Source: Tepidisphaera sp. (lineage in GTDB: Bacteria; Planctomycetota; Phycisphaerae; Phycisphaerales; UBA1924). From it: 64,000 nt of DNA. The translations under genes were made by a program, and so were the position numbers. The DNA lies in assembly GCA_050916045.1 (NCBI GenBank), contig CP051526.1, positions 2,080,001 to 2,144,000 on the forward strand. The letters are read 5' to 3'. Shown here piece by piece: positions 62,748-64,000 of this stretch. Under the pieces are notes generated by a model. That model did not search any database, had not been told where the DNA came from, and saw nothing but the letters and a program-made list of their open reading frames with translations. Every line of letters starts with the position of its first letter. Position 1 is the first letter of the stretch.

Positions 62748-63541
62748 TCACGCTCGCGTCCACCCCGTCGACCCAGCCGGCCTGGTACGAGGTCGCGGCG
62801 GCGTTCACGATGATCCATGTCGCGGCGCTTTCGCTGTTCATCCCGATGATCGCGGCCTCGTCGCTGCTGGGCTGCCGCTGGCGCGGCACGCCGCGTGAGG
62901 TGCTCTTCCGGCGGACCTGGGCGATCAGCATCCTGCTCTTCCTCGGCGGGACGAGCGTGTACTACGTGCTGCCGGGCAATTACGTGCCCGGGTGGTCGCT
63001 CCCGATTCACGTTTGCGACGTGATGGGGTTTGTCTCGTGTCTGGCGCTGCTGCTGCCGTTCCGATGGCTGAAGACGACGACGGTCTTCCTGGGCCTTGCG
63101 CTCTGCACGCAAGCGTTCATCACGCCGGTGGTGAAGGTCGGGCCGATCTACCTGCACTTCTGGTATTTCTGGCTGGGGCATGTCGCGATCGTGGGCGGGG
63201 CGATCTACATCATCGTGGTGGATCGGTACCGGCCGACACTCGCGGATCTCGGCGTCGCGTGGCTGACGCTTTCGGCGTACGTGGGCTGGGTGCTGCCGCT
63301 GGATATCTCCGAGGGATGGAACTATGGGTTCGTCGGCAACCCGCCTCCGCGCCCGGACGAACCGCCGACGATCGTGGAGCACCTTGGACCGTGGCCGCAG
63401 CGGGTCTATTGGCTGGGCGTGCTGGGGTGCGGCGCGATGGGGCTGGTGTACCTTGGGTTCCAGGTGCCCGGATGGGTCGCCCGGCTCCGAGGCCCTCGGG
63501 CTGAGGATCGCGGCCCTGCCGAAGCGCCGCCGACGCTGTAG
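62744..63541 (+). CDS. YwaF-like integral membrane protein
   Basis: Multiple TMs; 'LPIHVCD', 'QAFITP', 'FWLGH', 'WNYGF', 'LGPWP'; ATG overlaps the rlmN stop. Confidence 0.8.
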   Translation: MITLASTPSTQPAWYEVAAAFTMIHVAALSLFIPMIAASSLLGCRWRGTPREVLFRRTWAISILLFLGGTSVYYVLPGNYVPGWSLPIHVCDVMGFVSCLALLLPFRWLKTTTVFLGLALCTQAFITPVVKVGPIYLHFWYFWLGHVAIVGGAIYIIVVDRYRPTLADLGVAWLTLSAYVGWVLPLDISEGWNYGFVGNPPPRPDEPPTIVEHLGPWPQRVYWLGVLGCGAMGLVYLGFQVPGWVARLRGPRAEDRGPAEAPPTL

Positions 63542-63550
63542 ACTCCGCCC

Positions 63551-64000
63551 ATGACGTTTCTCTGCCTTGGGCTCATCGCCCTGGCCTTTGTCATCTCGGC
63601 GCCCGCGACCTGGCTTGCCCGCGAGATCGGTCGCAAGCTCGGTGCCCTCGATTCACCTGGAAGCCCGGGGCATGTCAAGATTCTCCGGCCGGTCCCGAAC
63701 ACCGGCGGCTTTGCGATCTTTGCGGGGCTTGCCTTGCCGCTGGCCGCCGGCCTCGCGGCGGCGCACTGGGTGCCGAGTTCATCCTGGCCGGCGGAAGCGG
63801 CGGCGCACCTCCCCGGGATGCAAGCCAAGACGCCCCTAGGGCTTCTCTTCCTCGGGTGCCTGCTGGTGCTTCACCTCGCGGGCGCGGTGGATGACCGCCG
63901 CGCCATGCCGCCGGGGATCAAAGCCGGGATCATGCTGGCGGCCGCCCTTGCCATCACGCTCTTTGGCGACGGCACGCGGCTGGTCACGATGCTCGATGCG
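63551..64000 (+). CDS. MraY/WecA-family polyprenyl-phosphate sugar-1-phosphate transferase, truncated by the window end
   Basis: Manual translation from ATG 63551: MTFLCLGLIALAFVISAPATW...GALDSPG..GHVK..RPVPNTGGFAIF...GAVDDRR; absent from the ORF track because it has no stop in the window. Confidence 0.85.
   Translation, partial: MTFLCLGLIALAFVISAPATWLAREIGRKLGALDSPGSPGHVKILRPVPNTGGFAIFAGLALPLAAGLAAAHWVPSSSWPAEAAAHLPGMQAKTPLGLLFLGCLLVLHLAGAVDDRRAMPPGIKAGIMLAAALAITLFGDGTRLVTMLDA

Overview
A GC-rich bacterial chromosomal segment, most likely from a Phycisphaerales-type planctomycete. This is inferred from a GC-type dockerin protein, an IPAP-type PEP-CTERM protein, fibro-slime proteins and a planctomycete-style UvrB/UvrC-motif protein. 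Layout: (1) 1-3.8 kb, the end of a yehL/yehM/yehP-like AAA-ATPase, DUF5682 and VWA operon. (2) 3.8-25.3 kb, a large chemotaxis locus: a divergent cheX-cheY-fapA unit, then cheA (two HPt domains), cheW, six tandem MCPs, cheR, cheD, cheY, a cheX-like gene and cheB. (3) 25.3-34 kb, an atypical LuxR regulator, an oxidoreductase, a membrane-sensor-fused otsA, an otsB-GH15 fusion and a frameshifted FAD oxidoreductase. (4) 34-43 kb, secreted and surface proteins around tRNA-Arg(CCT), plus murA. (5) 43-64 kb, mostly housekeeping genes (gyrA, a two-component pair, rsmB-like, a sigma-70 factor, trxB, aroB, rsfS, rlmN, a MraY/WecA-like gene) with a ParA-CBM48 fusion and a partner gene among them. No integrase, transposase or CRISPR array was seen. 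The strongest leads are: a ParA ATPase fused to a glycogen-binding module with a degenerate MinD/FlhG-like partner (possible glycogen-granule positioning system); a mosaic MCP array with exact shared DNA tracts, a covarying intergenic hairpin and non-canonical LA[S/T]F tails; a shared palindromic sigma28-like promoter motif; a receptor-like OtsA; and a fibre/protease/dockerin surface operon. All family assignments come from recognising motifs by eye, not from database searches.
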